From an uncultured Eubacteriales bacterium (GTDB lineage: Bacteria; Bacillota; Clostridia; Peptostreptococcales; Anaerovoracaceae), in assembly GCA_902790965.1 (NCBI GenBank), contig CADAUB010000001.1, positions 1 to 44,345 on the forward strand: a stretch of 44,345 nucleotides of DNA, in the 5' to 3' direction. The notes under the pieces were generated by a model. The model had not been told where the DNA came from. It saw only the letters and a list, made by a program, of their open reading frames with translations, and searched no databases. This document shows positions 1-7,035 of the stretch, piece by piece; position 1 is the stretch's first letter; each line of letters begins with the position of its first letter. A program made the translations under genes and the position numbers.

Positions 1-33
1 TAGTTATGAACCCGAAATACACCAGACATGCAG

Positions 34-74
34 AAACCGCCAAAACCCTGTAATTGCAAGGCTTTTGGCGGTTT
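34..74. terminator. Perfect 12-bp hairpin; possible intrinsic terminator of a gene lying left of the window
   Basis: AAACCGCCAAAA (34-45) pairs perfectly with TTTTGGCGGTTT (63-74). Only a 3-nt T run follows on either strand, so function and orientation are uncertain. Confidence 0.3.
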
Positions 75-246
75 AAAAACGAAGCCGTATTTTTCGATTT
101 AAGCGATTTTTTTATATGCGGTCGATACTTTATACCTTGAGATTTCCCCTCTTATTTCCCTAATTATTATTTTTATTATTTATGCTCTAATAATTATATA
201 GAGATGCGCTGCTATGCAGCTGTATCTTACTTTTTTCCAAATTGAA

Positions 247-295
247 GATCCGAAGCCTTGCCGCCGGGATGCATTCACGGCCTGGACTTCGGATC
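247..295 (-). terminator. Long imperfect GC-rich hairpin downstream of the LysM gene; possible terminator
   Basis: GATCCGAAG (247-255) pairs with CTTCGGATC (287-295), with further inner GC pairs. It lies about 55 nt past the stop at 350. No clean U tract follows. Confidence 0.35.
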
Positions 296-349
296 AGTCA
301 ATAAAACACACTTCCAGACATATATCACAGGGATATATGGTACCGGCTA

Positions 350-664
350 TTAATATACTGGGATGAATATCTCATCACCCGGCTGGATGTCATCTGCATC
401 GATATCGTTGATTTCATATATATCGTATACGGCATCTCTGATATTGATGTTGGCATCCGGATTATATCTCTCTACGAGATTCCAAAGATTATCATTCTCC
501 TGTATGACGACCTGTCTGTATGTTCTTATATCGGTCGCCTCAGCGTCAGCAGCGCCTACGATGCTGATACCCGCGAATGTGATAACCATGATGCACACGA
601 GTACAAATATGAAGAACCTGAATGGGTTCGCTATTCTATAATGATGTCTGTTTGATCTCTTCAT
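350..664 (-). CDS. Small single-pass membrane protein with C-terminal LysM domain; YneA-like candidate SOS cell-division inhibitor
   Basis: The track ORF 350..673 starts at GTG. An in-frame ATG at 664 is preceded by GGTGA and is the more likely start. A hydrophobic segment (FRFFIFVLVCIMVITFAGISIV) is followed by a LysM-like motif (YRQVVIQENDNLWNLVERY...IQPGDEIFIPV). Three LexA boxes lie upstream. Confidence 0.8.
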   Translation of the reverse strand: MKRSNRHHYRIANPFRFFIFVLVCIMVITFAGISIVGAADAEATDIRTYRQVVIQENDNLWNLVERYNPDANINIRDAVYDIYEINDIDADDIQPGDEIFIPVY

Positions 665-690
665 TTCTGTCACCGTCCCTATATCAATTA

Positions 691-702
691 AAACACTTGT
701 TC
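691..702 (-). promoter_or_regulatory. LexA (Cheo/SOS) box 1, in the 5' UTR of the LysM gene
   Basis: The minus strand reads GAACAAGTGTTT, one mismatch from GAAC-N4-GTTC. Confidence 0.55.
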
Positions 703-717
703 TTTGTTCGATGATGC

Positions 718-747
718 TATTATAAACATTTGTTCGCGAAGTGTCAA
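718..747 (-). promoter_or_regulatory. SigA-type promoter of the LysM gene
   Basis: On the minus strand, TTGACA (742-747) and TATAAT (718-723) are separated by an 18-nt spacer. The spacer is occupied by LexA box 2. Confidence 0.55.
724..736 (-). promoter_or_regulatory. LexA (Cheo/SOS) box 2, inside the promoter spacer
   Basis: The minus strand reads CGAACAAATGTTT, one mismatch from CGAAC-N4-GTTC. It abuts the -10 hexamer. Confidence 0.6.
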
Positions 748-755
748 TACTTTTT

Positions 756-768
756 CGAACAAAAGTTC
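756..768. promoter_or_regulatory. LexA (Cheo/SOS) box 3, just upstream of the -35
   Basis: CGAACAAAAGTTC is a perfect GAAC-N4-GTTC palindrome core. Confidence 0.7.
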
Positions 769-786
769 ATTTTATTTTTTACAATT

Positions 787-819
787 AAAAAAGCCTGAAA
801 TTTCAACGCTTTCAGGCTT
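787..819 (-). terminator. Rho-independent terminator of the mutS...dedA transcription unit
   Basis: A 10-bp stem (AAGCCTGAAA 791-800 with TTTCAGGCTT 810-819) has a 9-nt loop. On the minus strand it is followed by a run of T (787-792). Confidence 0.7.
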
Positions 820-918
820 AATGTTTATCTAGCTTTTCCGCCGATTTGCTTATTTTTTCTATTGCAGAAGTAGCTTCCTCCCCTCTTTTGGCAGGATGTA
901 AAAGGTAAATTCTTAGAA

Positions 919-1698
919 TTATTGGTGGTGTGGGAACTTTGCTACGCGCTCTTCAATCTCGGCTTCAAGCTCTTCCTCGAGCTTAGCTTCCTTCTCTGAC
1001 AGATCATCAAGCAACTTGAGTATGGCTTTTCTCTTGATGAAGCATATCACAACGATCAAAAGCGACACAACGCAAAGAATCGCGATAGCTGTATAATTCT
1101 TCCTCTTAAAGAAGAATCCGACCAGTATGCTACCCATCATGGCAGGTATACGGCCTACAGTTGACGCGGTAAGGAATGGAACAAAGCGCATCTCGGAGAT
1201 CCCGGCTGCGTAGGCTGTGAGATCCTTTGGAATGCCGGGAATAAGATAGATAAGAAATACGATGAGTATCCCCCTTGCAGAATTGAGCTTCTCTCGGTAA
1301 TAATTCATTTTCTCTTCGCCGAACAGCACGTGCATAGCGCTGCGCCCGAGCACTCTCGATATGATAAACGCTATCGTGGCACCGATAATGGCGCCGAGAA
1401 GCGATGCCAGAAGAGCTCCTCCGATGCCGAACATATAGCTTCCCGCAATCTGTATCGGCTGGCCCGGAAGTATGCATACGACCACCTGTATGGCCTGCAA
1501 CAGTACGACTGTGGCGAAGGATTCCGATCTGTGTGATTCGAGGTATGAGATTATATCCTGAGCGAAATGCTCGCTGAATATCTCTCCTCCGTATCTTGCG
1601 TACAGAAAAAGAGGCACTCCCACGATTATCAGTACGAGGAGTGCCAGCTTGAGTATCGCTATAATTCTCTTTTGCTTAGCCTGACGGTTATCAGCCAA
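919..1698 (-). CDS. DedA/TVP38-TMEM64 family membrane protein with an acidic coiled C-terminal tail
   Basis: Multi-pass hydrophobic protein carrying the family motif PGQPIQIAGSYMFGIGGALLASLLGAIIGATIAFIISRVLGR. The start is TTG, overlapping the upstream stop by 8 nt; there is no nearby ATG. Confidence 0.75.
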   Translation of the reverse strand: MADNRQAKQKRIIAILKLALLVLIIVGVPLFLYARYGGEIFSEHFAQDIISYLESHRSESFATVVLLQAIQVVVCILPGQPIQIAGSYMFGIGGALLASLLGAIIGATIAFIISRVLGRSAMHVLFGEEKMNYYREKLNSARGILIVFLIYLIPGIPKDLTAYAAGISEMRFVPFLTASTVGRIPAMMGSILVGFFFKRKNYTAIAILCVVSLLIVVICFIKRKAILKLLDDLSEKEAKLEEELEAEIEERVAKFPHHQ

Positions 1699-3031
1699 TT
1701 CCTATCATACCCTTCTTATAAAGCGTATCCACGCTCTTTATAATACCATACCTTGCATGCTCATATGTGAGTCCGCCCTGAAAATAAGCAATATAAGGCT
1801 CTCTAAGGGGCGCATCTGCTGAAAGTTCGATGGATGAACCCTGTACGAAGGCACCGGCAGCCATGATAACCTGATCGGAGTAGCCCGGCATATCCCAAGG
1901 AAAAGGCGTAACATACGAATCGATTGGCGACGAAGACTGGATCGACTGGCAGAACAAAATAGTCTTCTCAGGATCTCTGAACTTGATAGCCTGGATGATA
2001 TCGCTTCTGTGCGTGCCTGGAGCCGGCATGACATCGAAGCCAAGCTTTGAGTATGTGCTGCCGCAAAGCACAGCGCCTTTAAGAGCCGCATTAACGACTT
2101 TTGGGGCCATGAAGAGGCCCTGCAGTATTGTGCGGTTCTGACCAAACGTAAGGCCGCACTCATTGCCGATTCCAGGGCAAGTGAGCCTGTAGGATATCTG
2201 TTCTATGAGATCAGCCCTTCCAACTATATAACCGCCGCAAAGCGCAAGCCCGCCACCGGGATTCTTGATGAGAGAACCTGCCATGACATCGACACCAAAC
2301 TCAGTAGGATCAACGGTGTCGACGAATTCTCCGTAGCAATTATCGAGCATCACGATGATGCCAGGGTCTATGGAATGTACAAGATCAGTTACGGCTTTTA
2401 GGCTCTTAAGCGAGATGGCAGGCCTGAAATCATAGCCGGTAGAACGCTGCATCGCAACGACTTTGGTGTCTTTAGTGACGGCAGTTTTGATGGCCTCGAG
2501 GTCGACATCCATGTCGTCTCCAAGAGCAACTTCCTTATATGCTATACCATAATCTTTTATCGTTCCCTTAAACGAGCCTTCTCTCAGAAGACCGTGATCT
2601 GTACACTCGTTAGCGGCGTTCGAGGCATCTCTTCCTATCACAGTCTGGAGCGTGTCATATGGAGTGCCGGTCACCTCGATAAGCTCGTCTCCCGGCCTTA
2701 AAAGCCCTAGGAGCGTAGTCGCTATCGCGTGCGTGCCATTCACTATATTAGGCCTTACGAGTGCCGCTTCTGTCCCGAATACGGACGAGTACACCCTTTC
2801 CACTGCCTCGCGGCCAGGGTCATCATAGCCGTAGCCTGTTGTCCAGTCGAAATGCGTGGCGTTTATGCGGTTGTCCTGGAAGGCCTTTAATACCTTCATC
2901 TGGCATATAGCCGTGATATCGTCGATCTCATCGAATTGCTCCTTAAGATCGGCCTCCGCTTCAGAGACCATCTCTAGGACTTTTATGTCTATATCGAAAT
3001 TCTTATTTAAGTACTCGTTGTATTTATTCAT
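1691..3031 (-). CDS. YnbB / aluminium-resistance family PLP-dependent enzyme (Cys/Met-metabolism lyase fold)
   Basis: 446 aa. The N-terminal region, NGTHAIATTLLGLLRPGDELIEVTGTPYDTLQ and overall length match the YnbB family. ATG start overlaps the recombinase stop by 8 nt. Confidence 0.7.
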   Translation of the reverse strand: MNKYNEYLNKNFDIDIKVLEMVSEAEADLKEQFDEIDDITAICQMKVLKAFQDNRINATHFDWTTGYGYDDPGREAVERVYSSVFGTEAALVRPNIVNGTHAIATTLLGLLRPGDELIEVTGTPYDTLQTVIGRDASNAANECTDHGLLREGSFKGTIKDYGIAYKEVALGDDMDVDLEAIKTAVTKDTKVVAMQRSTGYDFRPAISLKSLKAVTDLVHSIDPGIIVMLDNCYGEFVDTVDPTEFGVDVMAGSLIKNPGGGLALCGGYIVGRADLIEQISYRLTCPGIGNECGLTFGQNRTILQGLFMAPKVVNAALKGAVLCGSTYSKLGFDVMPAPGTHRSDIIQAIKFRDPEKTILFCQSIQSSSPIDSYVTPFPWDMPGYSDQVIMAAGAFVQGSSIELSADAPLREPYIAYFQGGLTYEHARYGIIKSVDTLYKKGMIGIG

Positions 3032-4166
3032 CTTCAGTTCTTTCCAGCTCCCATTCCATATCGGAAACGAGATCTCGTTTAACGTTCATTTTATGCCTTG
3101 CATATAGCTGAGTAGTTGTGACCTGCTCGTGATCGAGAAGAGCTGCCACATCGTAAATGGAATTACCCCTGCCTATAAGCGATGTAGCGGCAGTCGCTCT
3201 TAGCTTGTGAGGACTGTAGCCTCCCCTCCTATTCGTATTGAGAGCGATGGAGGTATATTTCTTTACAAGCTCGCGTATCGCCCTCTCCGTTATTCGTTTG
3301 CCCCGCATCGACAGAAAGAGCGCGTCTTCAGCGGCCGAATCTTCGGCTATGACGGTATTTCTCTCCGTTGTGATGTAATCGTTCAAAACCATCTGTACGG
3401 ACTGATTCAGAGGCATTATGGACTCTTTTCCACGCTTTCTGTATATCTTGAATTCACCTCTTGTGAAATTGAAGGAGCTGAGGTTGAGCTGCTGAAGCTC
3501 GCTGAGTCTAAGTCCATATGTGACGAACATCACGAGTATGGCTTTGTCACGAAGCTTTGTCTTCTCCCAGTAAGAGCGCTCATGATCTGTAAGCCCGTTA
3601 CCGGTAGTGACTGCGTCAAGCATTATCATTACCTCGTCATCCTGGAGGGCTTTTATCTCCCTTTCTCCCGGCTTAGAGACGCGGATAGGATCGAATCCGT
3701 CAGTTATATTCTTATCGACGATACCGTCCCTGTAAAGCTGTTTAAACATCACGGATAATGATGATTTTTTACGAGCCAGAGACCGATTGCTGTTTTCGAA
3801 GACAGTGATCGTGTCGCCGTTATCGACCATATATTTACGGCAGTAGTCGATGAAGAGGTTTATATCCGCGGCCTCTATTTCATTGAACTCGTCGGATGTT
3901 ATCTCTTTAGGAAAGCTCGCCTTCGTAAGATCCGTCTCGTTGATGAGATAGTTCATGAAAAAGCGGACGTCGTGAAGATATGCAAGCCTTGTCATCGGCA
4001 GCACATTGCCCTTCAGATATGTGAAATATGGACGCAAAAACGAAGGGAGCTCCTTCTGGATCCCTTCGCATTCCATGTAAATATCGTTTTCTTTTTTGAC
4101 GATATTATCAGGTTTATCGCTTTTGTTGTGGATCCTAAGATCCTTGCTTACGGTCTGTCTAGCCAT
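3024..4166 (-). CDS. Tyrosine-type site-specific recombinase (Xer/phage-integrase superfamily), embedded in the operon
   Basis: Catalytic signature present: R in YGLRLSEL, HKLRATAATSL, LLDHEQ and QLYARH. The ATG at 4166 overlaps the miaA stop (ATGGCTAG). The track start at 4175 is a TTG three codons upstream. Confidence 0.85.
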   Translation of the reverse strand: MARQTVSKDLRIHNKSDKPDNIVKKENDIYMECEGIQKELPSFLRPYFTYLKGNVLPMTRLAYLHDVRFFMNYLINETDLTKASFPKEITSDEFNEIEAADINLFIDYCRKYMVDNGDTITVFENSNRSLARKKSSLSVMFKQLYRDGIVDKNITDGFDPIRVSKPGEREIKALQDDEVMIMLDAVTTGNGLTDHERSYWEKTKLRDKAILVMFVTYGLRLSELQQLNLSSFNFTRGEFKIYRKRGKESIMPLNQSVQMVLNDYITTERNTVIAEDSAAEDALFLSMRGKRITERAIRELVKKYTSIALNTNRRGGYSPHKLRATAATSLIGRGNSIYDVAALLDHEQVTTTQLYARHKMNVKRDLVSDMEWELERTEDE

Positions 4167-5079
4167 AGTAATCAAGTATGCGGTCGACTATATCGCCCAC
4201 AGTCTCACCTTTATGGATCTCGACCCATCTCGCAAAATCATAGCGCTTGAGCCATGTGATCTGCCTCTTGGCATAGTGCCTGGTGTTCTTCATAGTAAGC
4301 TCTTCTGCGTCTACGAGATCGTACTCGCCGTTGAGATATCCGATGATCTCCTTGTAACCGATTCCCTTCATGGAAGGCAGCGACGGATCGTAGCCTTTGT
4401 CGAGGAGGCTGCTTACTTCCTCAACGAGCCCCAATTTGATCAGCCTTACAACGCGCTTATTGATGCGCTCGTAAAGCCATTCTCTCTCCATATTGAGAAC
4501 GATGAACCTGAAATCGTAGTTCGGATTCATTGAGCATTCAGAAAGATCGAGCACGCCTTTTCCATATTCAAAAGCTTCGATCGCCCTGATGATCTTGCGG
4601 AGGTTGTTAGGATGTATCCTGGCGGCAGCCTCAGGGTCGAGTGCTTCAAGATACTGGTGCATGTATTCATTACCGTTCTTTTCGGCAAGCTCCTCGAGCT
4701 CAGCTCTTCTTTCCTCATCGGCTTCACTGTCAGCGAAGCTCATGTCGTAGAGGATTGAGTTAAGGTAAAGACCCGTGCCTCCGCAGACTATAGGTGTCTT
4801 GCCACGTGAAAGTATATCGTCTATTGTTTCGAGCGCCATTTCCCTGTAACGGGCGACAGTCATGTTGTCATCGGGCTCGACTAATGAATAGAGATGGTGT
4901 TTGACGGCACCCATCTCCCTCTCGGAAGGCTTCGCACTGCCTATGTCCATGTATTTGTACAGCTGGATAGAGTCGCAGTTTACCACCTCACCGCCTATGC
5001 GCTTGGCAAGATAGTACGAAATGAGACTCTTACCTACGGCTGTAGGACCCGAGATTATATATACTGTTTTGTCAGTCAT
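4159..5079 (-). CDS. miaA: tRNA dimethylallyltransferase
   Basis: P-loop YIISGPTAVGKS, then DSIQLYKYMDIGSAKP and CGGTGLYLNSI. Position after mutL as in Bacillus and Clostridium. Confidence 0.95.
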   Translation of the reverse strand: MTDKTVYIISGPTAVGKSLISYYLAKRIGGEVVNCDSIQLYKYMDIGSAKPSEREMGAVKHHLYSLVEPDDNMTVARYREMALETIDDILSRGKTPIVCGGTGLYLNSILYDMSFADSEADEERRAELEELAEKNGNEYMHQYLEALDPEAAARIHPNNLRKIIRAIEAFEYGKGVLDLSECSMNPNYDFRFIVLNMEREWLYERINKRVVRLIKLGLVEEVSSLLDKGYDPSLPSMKGIGYKEIIGYLNGEYDLVDAEELTMKNTRHYAKRQITWLKRYDFARWVEIHKGETVGDIVDRILDYYG

Positions 5080-5082
5080 CGT

Positions 5083-6984
5083 TTATTTTCTCCTGAATGA
5101 CCTTTCGATATCGTATGTGGTCATCTTAATAAAAGTAGGTCTGCCGTGAGGACATGAATAAGGATTCTCGCATTTGGAGAGTTTGTCAATGAGATCCTTG
5201 ATCTCCATCTCGGAAAGCTTGTCGTGAGCCTTTACGGCCGACTTGCAGGACCTCATTATAAGCTTATCGACGACGGTCTTGTTGTATCCGCTTTCCTCAC
5301 CGATCGCATCGAGATATGCTCTTGCGAACCGCTCGGCCTCCTCTACGCTCATATACGCAGGGATGCCTCTCACCATGAAAGTCCTGTCTCCGAAGTCCTC
5401 GATATCGTAGCCGAAGCTTTTCATGTCTTCCAGCCAGCCCCTATCAGCGAAGTATACATCCGCGCTAACATTTAATGTGAAGGGTGTAAGTACTGGCTGA
5501 GGTAAATGCGAGGAGTTTTTGTGACCCTGCATGAACCTTTCATAGAATACTCGCTCGTGAGCCGCATGCTGATCGAAGATATAAAGCGAATCTTTGCTCT
5601 GCATGATGATATACGTGTCAAACACATATCCTTTCAGCGTCAGCTCATCAAAATCGAACGGCCTGCTCACATATGAATCGGTAGTATTTTCTTCGGCTAC
5701 CGATGGCATGGCTTCAGCTTCTGTTTTTATATCATATACAGGCTCCCTCTTGTCGGATTCTGAATTAATATTCAGAGTTTTAGGAATAGTTGAAGAGGCT
5801 CCTGCTTCAGCATCGTAAATGCTGCTCTTTCCAGTGCTGTTTTCAGTGCTGCCGTGAGCGTGATCAAAGGCGCTTTCAGCAGTGCTATTAGCGGTGTCTG
5901 AGCCCAGGCTGCTGAGGAAATCACGTATCGATGTTTGTTCTGATTTGGCCACAGGCTCTTCGGTCGTTTTAGTGACGACAGGCTCATCTCTACTCATGAT
6001 CGAGCGAGGCACACCGGCCTCGGTGCTAACGGCCTGTGAGACGGCATCCGAAATGCCCCTCATGACATCGTTTTGCCTGAGGAACTTGATCTCCCTTTTG
6101 CCCGGGTGGATATTGACGTCTATATCGCTTGGCGACTGGTCGATGAAGAGGATGGCCGAAGGATGACCGCTGAATATGCGGCCGTTATATCCGTCCATGA
6201 GCCCCTTCTCAATAATAACGCTCGAAACTATCCTTCCGTTCACGAAGAAAAGCTGGCCTTTTCGGTTGGTCCTGGTAGAGCCGGGATCGGATACAAATCC
6301 GTGCACCCCTTCTCCCTCAACGGGTATGAGCTTTGAGGATTTGAATTCAGGATATAGCGAAGTGACCGTCTCGAGAACATCGCCGTTTCCACTCGTTGTG
6401 AAAACGGTCTGTCCGTTGCTGATCATCATAAAGCGCATATCCGAATAGAAGACGGCAAACTGCTGTATGAGCTCGATGATAGAAGACGCTTCTCTAGCGT
6501 CGCTCTTCATGAACTTTCGCCTTGCCGGAGTGTTATAGAAAAGGTCTTCCGCTATGATCGTAGTACCAACATTGGCGCCGACTCTTTCGTTAGAGACTAG
6601 CTGTCCACCGTGGAGCACCAGCTTTACGCCCATGACAGAATCAGCTGTCTTTGTCACCATGGTAAGGCGCGATACAGCCGAGATGCTGGCAAGAGCCTCC
6701 CCTCTGAATCCGAGTGAAGTGATGTTATCGAGGTCGGTAACGGTAGAAATCTTGCTTGTAGCGTGCCTCAGAAAAGCTATTTCGGCTTCTTCGGACGGGA
6801 TACCGCATCCGTCGTCGGTAACACGGATGTAGTTTTTACCGCCTCCCCTTATCTCTACGATTATGGAAGAAGCGCCTGCGTCTATTGAATTTTCAACGAG
6901 TTCCTTAATCGCGGACACGGGGCGCTCGATCACCTCTCCTGCCGCGATCTTATCAGCTACGAAGCTGTCCAGTACTTTGATCAT
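5083..6984 (-). CDS. mutL: DNA mismatch repair endonuclease MutL
   Basis: GHKL ATPase N-terminus (KIAAGEVIERPVSAIKELVENSIDAGA). C-terminal endonuclease motifs DQHAAHERVFYE and CPHGRP. QPVLTP resembles the clamp-binding motif. Confidence 0.97.
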   Translation of the reverse strand: MIKVLDSFVADKIAAGEVIERPVSAIKELVENSIDAGASSIIVEIRGGGKNYIRVTDDGCGIPSEEAEIAFLRHATSKISTVTDLDNITSLGFRGEALASISAVSRLTMVTKTADSVMGVKLVLHGGQLVSNERVGANVGTTIIAEDLFYNTPARRKFMKSDAREASSIIELIQQFAVFYSDMRFMMISNGQTVFTTSGNGDVLETVTSLYPEFKSSKLIPVEGEGVHGFVSDPGSTRTNRKGQLFFVNGRIVSSVIIEKGLMDGYNGRIFSGHPSAILFIDQSPSDIDVNIHPGKREIKFLRQNDVMRGISDAVSQAVSTEAGVPRSIMSRDEPVVTKTTEEPVAKSEQTSIRDFLSSLGSDTANSTAESAFDHAHGSTENSTGKSSIYDAEAGASSTIPKTLNINSESDKREPVYDIKTEAEAMPSVAEENTTDSYVSRPFDFDELTLKGYVFDTYIIMQSKDSLYIFDQHAAHERVFYERFMQGHKNSSHLPQPVLTPFTLNVSADVYFADRGWLEDMKSFGYDIEDFGDRTFMVRGIPAYMSVEEAERFARAYLDAIGEESGYNKTVVDKLIMRSCKSAVKAHDKLSEMEIKDLIDKLSKCENPYSCPHGRPTFIKMTTYDIERSFRRK

Positions 6985-7035
6985 GTTTACAGCCTTTGTT
7001 TTTCTTAGACTTCAACGGATTGGTAGTGTCGGTAA

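Noticed and set aside
96-240. AT-rich ~145-nt stretch with ATTATT-type repeats between two hairpins at the left edge. A possible ORF leaves the window leftwards from the ATG at 30 (minus strand).
   Set aside because: No complete ORF, SD or recognisable RNA motif is present. This is most simply a spacer between a gene outside the window and the LysM unit. It cannot be resolved without the flanking sequence.
311-339. ACTTCCAGACA-TATATC... resembles the XerC-side half of the Firmicute dif site (ACTTCCTAGAA-TATATA-TTATGTAAACT). It overlaps an 8-bp inverted repeat (CATATATC 319-326 with GATATATG 332-339).
   Set aside because: The XerD-side arm (TTATGTAAACT) is not present, so only about half the site matches. 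The AT-rich inverted repeat is more simply a weak hairpin just after the LysM gene stop.
875-889. A strong SD-like element (minus strand AAAAGAGGGGAGGAA) in the ~100-nt stretch between the DedA stop and its terminator.
   Set aside because: No ATG, GTG or TTG start follows at a usable distance, and the first in-frame codons run into TAG. It is probably just 3' UTR sequence. A 3'-UTR-derived sRNA is pure speculation.
1130-1477. Nested 115-aa minus-strand ORF and 68-aa plus-strand ORF inside the DedA gene.
   Set aside because: These are alternative frames of a clear membrane-protein gene, with Arg/Ser-rich translations, no SD and no support.
3024-4175. The tyrosine recombinase as a marker of a prophage, ICE or genomic island.
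   Set aside because: It is flanked on both sides by overlapping housekeeping genes (miaA, ynbB-like). There are no tRNA/att repeats, excisionase or cargo, and no visible composition shift. It is kept only as a domesticated-recombinase observation.
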